Origin: Octopus bimaculoides
Lineage: Eukaryota
Length of the DNA stretch: 64,000 nucleotides
NCBI RefSeq assembly: GCF_001194135.2
Contig: NC_068985.1
Span: forward strand, 37,889,419 to 37,953,418
Reading direction: 5' to 3'
In this document: positions 54,849 to 64,000 of the stretch, piece by piece
How the letters are laid out: each line of letters opens with the position of its first letter
Position numbering within the stretch: the first letter of the stretch is position 1
Program-made: the position numbers and the translations under genes
The notes under the pieces: generated by a model
Databases searched by the model: none
Told to the model about the DNA's origin: nothing
The model's input: only the letters and a program-made list of their open reading frames with translations

Positions 54849-57173
54849 TGCACTGTAAGGATGCATGCTTGCGCACGTTATCTTTGCAAAATAGCAAAAT
54901 ACGAAATCAAATCTTCTGCAAGCCATATCGGTAGCAATATCTCATCTTCAGCATATTTGAATTAAAATGTTAATAAATAATATGCGTTTGAATGGAATTT
55001 CTTTGATGTTTGGCAAAAATATTCTCTTTTTCTTTATTACAAAACTCAATTCACTTTACGTTACTTTCTAAATATCTTTCATATGGTAGAGACTAAATGA
55101 AAAGTATCATCTCACTTTCTTCTTTTTTAGTGATTTTTGATACAATTCTTTGATGACGATAAGACCTTTGAGACTCTCACTTTCAGAAAGATCCAATACG
55201 TAGTTCAGTTACTAACTAGGTAGTTCATCTTAGAAACCAGTGATACTGAAAGTAATTTAAGCAGTAGTATAGACGTGTTTGGTAATAGCTATATAACATT
55301 TTGCAAAGGAAGTAATAGGATATCTTGGTGCTTTTGAATTTAGGTGTTCTTGACTCCGAGAAACAGGTTGATTCAATAACTTTATCTAACGCTCACATAT
55401 CAAAATCCGACAACAGATAGTGATGGCTCCATACAACAGAGTTAAATTTGAAACCTTTTACTGTAGCTTTGACTTATTACTTATAGCAATCAATGTAGTC
55501 TGGCTTCTACATCTCTCCTGTCATTTCACTTGTAATTCACACTTGTTAGTAAGCACAAGACGACGAGGTACACATGAGATTTAATGACTATTAGTAACGT
55601 TTGGGTGAACTGCAGAAGCTCACATCTGACAAAATTTAACAGTGTTTCTTAGAGATATTAGATCTTTCTTCTAATCTTCACTTCCACCATATATCCGAAA
55701 TAATGACTTATTTTCATATTGAAACAGACAAGATTTGGTTTGTGGCAACAAAGAACTGAATCTTTTTGGCGATAAATATAAGATCTATTAATGTGAAGAC
55801 AGAACCATAAACATTGCACACATTACCTGAATTACTTGTTGCCATTTATAAGAACCTCTGTTGAAAATATTTGATTTGTATCTAACATTATAGGTTCTTA
55901 GCAAAGAATTTATTTACTTAGTTCCTGTCTACTGAGACAAAACAATGCAAAGGGAAATTTTTTCGCCCTTGAGACCAAGCTCTTTTACCGATTTAAACTA
56001 TTAAACGAAGGAGTCCTCTACGCAGCTGTTTGGCATGCTAGAAATAAGGATACTTTTATACCATACAATTCAAGATTTCTGTGAATATGGGCTCGCATTT
56101 TTGTTGGTGGATCTAGGTTGACCTTGAGTAAATCTACTACTACTAACATGGAGAACAACAACCTGAAAAATGTTATGTAGAACCTTGTATAATGATCCAA
56201 TGATACGCGTACAAGTTTCACGGCATAGCTATAAATCAACTTTATACATCATAAAACACACAAAATACCTGGCTATTTCTTTATAAACATTAAATAGACC
56301 TCGATTCTTTTAATGCAGATAAACGCTGTTGATGCATATATCCCCTTCTATCTCGATTCTCTTAGTATAAATAAATAGTCTTTCTAGAATAGTCACAGTA
56401 AATGGAAATTGTTTTCAAAAAGTACCTGTTGTTTCTATTTGTTTTTGTTAGCGTTCTGTTTGGTTGTCTTGCAATCTGTTTTCAGGAAAATAGATTTTAT
56501 TTACCATACACAGAGTTCTTTGTTTGCCAAGCTTTCTGTGAATATGTACACATACACATGCGTCTATAGGTGTTAGATATATATACGTGCTTGTACATAT
56601 GTGTGTGCTGGCGCGCGCATATTTCCCCATGTGGTTTGAAGATTTCGTTTTTCTGACGTTTGATTCCCAGAAGACAACTTTGGCGTGTATATAGCTAGCT
56701 GCTGGTTGTTATAAATCTACTCTTCCTTCTTGGCTTATTGCTGGCTCTTTCAACACTTATACATACACAAAAACTTAGCACAACAAACGTATGTATAAAG
56801 TAATGTATTCATATGTTTCTAAAAAGACTCAACAAAAATTACTTTAACTTCACTTTTATTATTTAAGCGCGTGCGCACGTATATGCATACAATCATAAAA
56901 GCAAACAAACTATACAGAAAAAGAAAGGCATTCTTTTGAGTCCAAATATGGTTACATATAGGCATGCACATCAGCAGACGCACGTGCGCGCGCACGCAAT
57001 ACACATAACCTCATATACATTCACACACAAACACACTTCACTTGAATCTACAGTGACATTTATAACATTCTTTACATACAGACTTATATAAATACACTAC
57101 ACATAAATCATGTCCGTGTGTGAATGAATTATATGTATATATGAATGTGTGTATGTATGCATGTATTTGTGTG

Positions 57174-57269
<96 letters not shown>

Positions 57270-57422
57270 TAGATAGATGTGTGTGTGTGTGCGAGAGTGT
57301 GTGTATAATATATATTACATATATATTATATGTATGCATTTATACAAATGTATGTATGTGTGTGTGTATTGCATATATGCATATATATAATATATATGTC
57401 TGCGATATAATATGTATATATG

Positions 57423-57458
<36 letters not shown>

Positions 57459-57468
57459 NNNNNNNNNN

Positions 57469-57500
<32 letters not shown>

Positions 57501-58107
57501 CACACGTACATATACATAAATATACGTATATATAAGAATGTCCACTCACACGGCATATATATAGTCATGCATACACATACCGCATATTTCTCAACATAGT
57601 TTGTTAATGTACTAAAGAATAATATATAAGCATCTCGAACAATAATACCTCTAACTGTTACTAAGGAAATGCCCCAAAATTTTTAGTACATAAACGTACA
57701 CACAAACTCACACATATCAAGTGTGCGCGCGTGCAGTTTTATGCCTTCTGTCATAATTTTATTTAAATAATTATTTATTCTGCTTATCATTCTTGCTGTT
57801 TTTTTTCTTTTCAGTTTTCAATACTCATATGCTAAAAAGATAATGAGTAAATCCGACTGAAAAAAAAAAAATCTTTTAAAAATGTATTTTCCCTAATTGT
57901 ATTCTATTTCCTTTCGTTTCTAGCCTCCTTTTCTCGTGTCTCTCGCTTAATTTGGTTTCTAATGGTTTATATTTCCTTTAAGATAATGGAAAACTCCATC
58001 TCTGCACTTTTTAATGTAGTCATATTTTAGCAATCTTTAGCTTATAATAATACTTTTACAGAAATCAGTATTACTTTCTGTCTGGGAAAAACGTGAATGT
58101 GTATGTT

Positions 58108-58156
<49 letters not shown>

Positions 58157-58634
58157 NNNNNNNNNNNNNNNNNNNNNNNNNNNNNNNNNNNNNNNNNNNN
58201 NNNNNNNNNNNNNNNNNNNNNNNNNNNNNNNNNNNNNNNNNNNNNNNNNNNNNNNNNNNNNNNNNNNNNNNNNNNNNNNNNNNNNNNNNNNNNNNNNNNN
58301 NNNNNNNNNNNNNNNNNNNNNNNNNNNNNNNNNNNNNNNNNNNNNNNNNNNNNNNNNNNNNNNNNNNNNNNNNNNNNNNNNNNNNNNNNNNNNNNNNNNN
58401 NNNNNNNNNNNNNNNNNNNNNNNNNNNNNNNNNNNNNNNNNNNNNNNNNNNNNNNNNNNNNNNNNNNNNNNNNNNNNNNNNNNNNNNNNNNNNNNNNNNN
58501 NNNNNNNNNNNNNNNNNNNNNNNNNNNNNNNNNNNNNNNNNNNNNNNNNNNNNNNNNNNNNNNNNNNNNNNNNNNNNNNNNNNNNNNNNNNNNNNNNNNN
58601 NNNNNNNNNNNNNNNNNNNNNNNNNNNNNNNNNN

Positions 58635-58970
58635 AAATAGCGTGATCAGGATAAATTATCCATTTATTGCAGAAAAATACGCTACTGGCCAGCAATGAGA
58701 CTCGAACTCACATCTCTGTGATTACGCGTCAAGTTGAATTTAACGTTAGCGTCTTATGAAGCTAAATTTATAAGTTCTAAAATTGCGGAAGAATTCGTTG
58801 CTGGGCAGTTTAGTTTAATGGTAAAACACTTGACGCGTAATCACAGAGCTGTGAGTTCGAGTCTCATGGCTGGCCAGTAGCGTATTTTTCTGTAATAAAT
58901 GGATAATTTCTCCTGATCACGCTATTTATAGCATTATCACGCGTTTGAGAAATAAATTTATTTCTGTTCT
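58635..58970. mobile_element. Foldback / MITE-like element with long inverted arms in a (TA)n tract (left end lost in gap)
   Basis: 58635-58734 is the reverse complement of 58828-58927 with 4 mismatches in 100 bp; 93-bp spacer; (TA)n at 58110-58156 and from 58971. Confidence 0.85.
58803..58876 (+). pseudogene. tRNA-Thr(CGT)-like sequence (pseudo-tRNA) inside the foldback element
   Basis: D-arm GTTT-AATGGTA-AAAC and T-arm GTGAG-TTCGAGT-CTCAT fold. Anticodon loop CG-CGT-AA (G at position 33, only 3 of 5 stem pairs). Acceptor stem has one mismatch and two G.T pairs. TTTTT at 58885-58889. Confidence 0.7.
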
Positions 58971-59040
58971 TATATATATATATATATAAAGGTAGATCTA
59001 TGTACGTATAATATATGCGTGGAGGTATATATATATATAT

Positions 59041-59408
59041 TCTTTTATTCTATTGCATGTTCCAGCCCTAAGTTTGTGACTATGCTGGAGCGCCACCAAT
59101 GTAATCATATTTTCAATGGCCAATCTTATGTGATTGAATTTTGGTGAAGGAGGGATTTTGACACTGATACCCTTTTTTGAGTCTCTTGCCTTGATATTGG
59201 TTTATCTGGGACCTTGGGTAACAGGAAGTCAAATTGTTTCTTTAAAACATCTTCTCTTAGTCCATGACAATCCGTCAGATGTTTTGGCAAGGTGTTGAAT
59301 AGCTGTGGTGCCTTGCATCTCAAAGTATTGCAGCACATAATCCTCACTCTAAACTGGGACCTTTGGAGCAGTGTATTGGCGTCCAGTTTAGGGGATGCTA
59401 TACCTCTC

Positions 59409-59411
<3 letters not shown>
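59041..59411 (-). mobile_element. 5'-truncated CR1/L2-group LINE: ORF2 C-terminus plus 3' UTR/tail
   Basis: Open frame to a stop at 59126: ...CNTLRCKAPQLFNTLPKHLTDCHGLREDVLKKQFDFLLPKVPDKP..., fitting the 'GPxLFNxLP...FKxxLDxxLxxVPDxP' C-terminal pattern of CR1/L2-type ORF2 (recalled, not searched). Tail GGTGGCGCTCCAGCAT...CTGGAAC...AATAAAAGA. (TA)n on both sides. Confidence 0.8.
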
Positions 59412-59471
<60 letters not shown>

Positions 59472-59474
<3 letters not shown>

Positions 59475-59723
59475 AGTCAAATCGAATAATCGAACATTAA
59501 GAATAACAATAACAAAACGAGAGGACGTGCAGATGAAATGTTTGAGCGTGACGCTCGGTAAAAGTGGAAAAAAAAAGAGGGTTTTTAGCGTATCAAGTAT
59601 AGCTTTTCGTCAGAAAGGAAAACGGATAAGTCTAGAGAAGGGAAAATAGCGCTAACTCCACGTGTGTGGCGTTGGGGAGCAATATAGCAGATAATTGACA
59701 GAAACGTTTTTTGCTGGAAGTAA
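59472..59723 (-). mobile_element. Degenerate Penelope-like terminal-repeat fragment with a hammerhead-like motif
   Basis: Unique segment between (TA)n runs; the minus strand carries CTGACGA-AAAGCTATACTT-GATAC-GCTA (about 59586-59613). The family call rests on this motif and on recollection. Confidence 0.4.
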
Positions 59724-60632
59724 TTATATATATATTTTGAAGTCTTAGGACACAACAGTATCCGATCATATTGACCTGGGTCTAAACCATGTTATGCACA
59801 GTAAAAATTGTACGAATATATTTTTTGACGAGACAATCTCTACATAGATTTGTTACTATATTTATTATATATACCTCTCACTTTTCTTTTATATACATCA
59901 TGATAGTTTATAACTCACTTAAATTCCTCCTGGATGGCTGGCTATAATCATGCGATACCATTGCCTCTGTGTGCTACGTGCATATCTTTTGTGTATGTGT
60001 TTGTTAAATTTTTATTCGATGTGTACATCAACATTGTGGTAATATGCGTATTATTTTATCACCGTTGCTTTAACGCCGTTGCGATAATTACGTTAGTATC
60101 ATGTCTGCAGCAATTAAAACACTAATTTTAACTTTTTATTCAATTAAATTGTCGTAGAAACCAGCTGATATTAAAAGATATTAGCCGTCATTAGTAATAA
60201 AAGCTACAATATTGCAACTCTTTTAATCTTAATTGTTAGAAATTTTAGGCTGAAATATTTAACCAAGCTTAGTAAAATTGAATTACAGAGGCTTTCACAG
60301 GCTTTCGCTGTGAAATGTTTGGATGTGAAGCTCGATAAAAAGCTTCAGTACTGTTAATTGATTCGGAAGTTCTAGTTTCTGGAAAACAGTCTCGAGTTCG
60401 CAGTCAGATTAAGACATTAAGAAATCCATTAAGTTAATTAAGCTTTGATTGAGCATAGCATGTATATTTATATGTGATTGAAAACACATATACAATTACA
60501 ATATAACACAAGCACGCGCATGTATGTGTGTGTGCATACGTATGTATGTATGTATGTATGTATATATGTATGTATGTATGTATGTATGCGTATACATACA
60601 TAAGAAGACGTATAGAGAGATAGATAGATAGA

Positions 60633-60981
60633 TGCGGCAACTTAGGCAAGTGTCTTGCACTGCAATGCTGGACCGACCAAAGCGTTGTGAGTGGATTTGA
60701 TAGATGAAAACTGAAAGAAGCCTGTAGTACATAATGTATGTGCATATATCTGTGTTTGTGTTGTGTTCCCCCACCACCGCTTGACAACCGTTTCTGGTTT
60801 GTTTACGCCCTCGTAACTTAGTGGTTCGGCAGAGAGATTGAGAGAGTAAGTAACAAACTTTGAAAATTAAATAAACCGAAAAAGAAAGAACAACTAAATC
60901 GTGGGATCTATTTATTCAACTACACTCCTCAAGACGGTGGCACAGCATGGCCGCAGTCAAATAACCGAAATTAGTAATAGA
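60633..60981 (+). mobile_element. SINE family A, headless and degenerate
   Basis: CTTAGGCAAGTGTCTTG...GACCGACCAAAGCGTTGTGAGTGGATTTG...CGCTTGACAACC...CGTAACTTAG...CAGCATGGCCGCAGTCAAAT. Confidence 0.85.
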
Positions 60982-62388
60982 TATATATGTTACTGAAATA
61001 GCATTGGTTGAACGGTTCACCCAAATACATATATTTTGTTCTCCACAAGACTAGGTAGCCATCATTTATAGCGACACGACATGACTATTTTCTTTCTTAT
61101 TCCTATTTGTCTTTCCCCTTTCGATAAGCTGCATAATAAATAGGTTATGTTTACAGGTGTTCACAGCATGTATGTTCCCTCCACCTCTGTTTATACACGA
61201 CTGACATTTTCAAGTAATTTTCAAGTACTGCTTGCTTTGATGAATTTTCCTCTTGGTACGCCCAGTTCGTGGGACAATACCACATACTTGGCATCCTAAA
61301 TCAGAATATCGTTGATTTCTTCTCGGAGGAAAGCAAAAAATATAAGACAGAAAGAGAGAGGGAGAGAGAGAGAAAAAGAGGAAAGACAGAAGGACAGAGA
61401 GAAAGAAACAGAGACAGAAAATGAGAGACAAAGGGAGAGTTTTATTCTCTAGTAAACTAACATTTGTCACTTTTCGAGATCACGCACATACTCAACGTAC
61501 ACTTGTTCGCACACAAAGATATAGCGCCACGCATAAGAAATCGCACCCGTATGTATGCATATATACTTATGTGTATGTATAATTAAGCAGGAAGTATTTT
61601 CGCAGACGGAGGGAAATTTTTGTAAAGAAGACCTGTTGCCAGGGAAATACGACAATATCTACGTGTATCCACCTAGTACATACATGCTGTCCGTCTGTCT
61701 GTCTGTCTTTCTGCCTATGTATGTATGTATGTATGTATGTATGTATGTATGTATGTATGTATGTATCTATCTGTCTGTCTGTCTAGTATATACATACATA
61801 CACGCATACGTGTGTGTGCGCGCTAGCGTCCATCTATCTATATATATATATATATATATATATGCAGTTCTTACATATATACATACGGACTTGCATATTA
61901 CATGCATACGCTCGCGCGCGCACACGCAAATAGAGAAATACACGTATACATACGCACAAATCACACACACTCGCACAAATGCACACACATAAGTGCGCGC
62001 ACGCACACCCACATGCATGCACGCACGCATCTAGAATATGTCGCCTGACATATTTTGAGTTGGTACAGTCGCGTTTTACTCTAAATTTCCTGCAATGTTC
62101 ACGTTTCTTCGTGAATATTTTCTCCCACCTCTAGCTAGCTTGTAGTAGTAGTAGTCTATTTTTCTGTCAGTTACAGAATAAAGGTCAATGTCATGAAAGC
62201 TTCTGTTATTTAAGATTATAAGTTTTGTACTGTGATTTTCTTGGAGTCGGCTCTTTAAGAAACGTTCACATAAATGTCATTTAGACTGTTATCAATAAAA
62301 AGAAAACTATATATACCGTTCACGAAAAAGAGTTATCTTACTTTCTCTCAAAGTTTATAAATTCTTCTGACACCAACTATATATATAC

Positions 62389-62850
62389 ATACGGTGCAAA
62401 CGCAACTGTATGATAAGAAACTTGCTTTCCAACTACATGGTTTGGTGTTCAGTCCCACTGCGTGGCACCTTCGTCAAGTGTCTTCTACTATAGCCTCGGA
62501 TCGACCAAAGCCTTGTGCGTGAATTTGGTAGACGAAAAATGAAAGAAGCTCATNNNNNNNNNNNNNNNNNNNNNNNNNNNNNNNNNNNNNNNNNNNNNNN
62601 NNNNNNNNNNNNNNNNNNNNNNNNNNNNNNNNNNNNNNNNNNNNNNNNNNNNNNNNNNNNNNNNNNNNNNNNNNNNNNNNNNNNNNNNNNNNNNNNNNNN
62701 NNNNNNNNNNNNNNNNNNNNNNNNNNNNNNNNNNNNNNNNNNNNCTTAAAAAAAAAAAAAGTACTGAGGTTGATTCATTCGACTAAAATTCTTGAAAGCA
62801 TTGCCCCAGCATGGCCGCAGTCTAATGACTGAAAAAAGTGAAGGAATAAA
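62389..62850 (+). mobile_element. SINE family A (middle in gap)
   Basis: Head/core GTTCAGTCCCACTGCGTGGCACCTTCGTCAAGTGTC... before the gap; tail GCCCCAGCATGGCCGCAGTCTAATGACTGAAA after it. Confidence 0.88.
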
Positions 62851-62986
62851 AAAAACTGCGTAATTAACATTAATTAGAGCCTTTAATGGTTTAATTGTCG
62901 CTCGTCGTGCGCATTGAATCACATGTGTGTGTGTGTATGTTTGTGTATGTGTGCTTGTGTTCGTGGGCAGGTATGTTTATTTGTTC

Positions 62987-63018
<32 letters not shown>

Positions 63019-63057
63019 GAGAGAGAGAGAGACAGAGAGAGAGAGTGCAAATTTGTC

Positions 63058-63410
63058 GCATAGGCGTAATATGGTCAAGAAGTTTACTTCGCAACTACGA
63101 GGTCCATGTTTCGGTCCTACTTACACGCATCTTGGAAATATTTATCATTTTTGCTAGTTTTCAGTCGAACATTACTTTGTAAGTGAAATTTGATAGGCGG
63201 AAACTATAGGAAAACTCGTCGAGTAGATTGTACATGTAATTCAATAAGACTAAACTTGTCATTGACTGTGTCACGCTGATATTATGTTTGAATTACGTTA
63301 AGATGACATTCGTTAGTGGTATCCTCAAACAGTTTCCACGTTAATTCAGGAGTAGGTTAATCAGTTAATCGAACAACAAAACACTCATCGTCGAGCAACG
63401 GAGATCCACC
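63058..63410 (+). mobile_element. Old SINE with family A head/core and family D tail
   Basis: 63058-63221 resembles the A head/core; 63255-63408 (CTGTGTCACGCTGA...CACGTTAATT...CTCATCGTCGAGCAACGGAG) resembles the D tail at 36738-36890. Confidence 0.65.
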
Positions 63411-63439
63411 ATCTTATATTCATGTTGTTAAATCAAGGC

Positions 63440-63555
63440 GCGTTCGATTCACGGTCTGGTCAGTACATTGTGTTCTCGAGCAAAACACTTCATTTCACGT
63501 TGTTCCAGCTCACACGGCTGTAAATAGGTAACCCCACGACGGACTAGCGTTCTGA
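63440..63555 (+). mobile_element. Degenerate SINE family E fragment (B-box plus conserved-core-like domain)
   Basis: GTTCGATTC...TGTGTTCTCGAGCAAAACACTTCATTTCACGTTGTTCCAGCTCAC...CTGTAAATAGGTAACCCCACGACGGACTAGCG. Confidence 0.55.
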
Positions 63556-63755
63556 GCAGAAGTGTGACGTAATTCGAAAGCACAAACAATGCAAAGCGCA
63601 TTGTGATCAGTGATGTGTAACAATGTCCTATAGTCTGGTCGATCATGTGATAAACAGCTTTAAGGACGTAAATAAACCAACACCGGTGAACACAGACATG
63701 AGCACACACATACACGTATATATATGTGTTTGTGTATATATATGTGTTTGTGTAT

Positions 63756-63787
<32 letters not shown>

Positions 63788-63962
63788 GTATGTATGTACG
63801 TATGTATGAATGTATGTAAATGTATATATATATATGTATGTATGTGTGTGTATATACATATATATAAATGTATGTATATATATCTATATCTATATACATA
63901 TATGTATGCATATATATAATATATATATATATATATACATATATAAATATATACACACACAC

Positions 63963-64000
<38 letters not shown>

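Noticed and set aside
58803-58876. Functional tRNA-Thr gene
   Set aside because: Broken anticodon stem, G instead of U at position 33, an acceptor-stem mismatch, and it is embedded in an inverted-repeat element.
60160-60173. ACCAGCTGATATTA, complementary to the recalled 5' end of the miR-216/miR-283 family
   Set aside because: The minus-strand match stops after 14 nt and no precursor hairpin forms; it could be a target site only if transcribed, which I cannot show.
61221-61295. Minus-strand segment after a TTTAG acceptor reading DAKYVVLSHELGVPRGKFIKASST or GCQVCGIVPRTG...
   Set aside because: Two frames are equally open, there is no good in-frame donor and no confident family match.

Overview
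Eukaryotic, AT-rich, microsatellite-dense genomic DNA from a draft assembly (17 N-gaps, most at or near simple repeats). I find no recognisable cellular protein-coding gene, rRNA, functional tRNA or CRISPR array. Nearly all ORFs in the supplied track are gap-spanning, microsatellite-encoded or short chance frames. The one protein-like ORF is the C-terminus of a CR1/L2-group LINE ORF2 (59126-59410, minus). The window is dominated by at least five interspersed repeat families that I labelled A-E by internal comparison: tRNA-headed SINEs A, B, D and E, and a family C with an (AAC)n tail. From memory these match the repeat landscape of octopus (coleoid cephalopod) genomes, so this is probably an intron or intergenic region of an octopus; that assignment is inference, not a database result. 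The most unusual stretch is 58110-59735, where one (TA)n tract holds three things in series: (i) a near-perfect foldback element (100-bp arms, 96/100 match) built around a tRNA-Thr(CGT)-like Pol III unit, (ii) a LINE 3' end whose tail is shared with SINE A, and (iii) a Penelope-like fragment with a degenerate hammerhead-ribozyme motif. Other points are modular head/tail swapping between SINE families, microsatellites acting as insertion targets, and a few weak splice or signal-peptide candidates that I cannot confirm.
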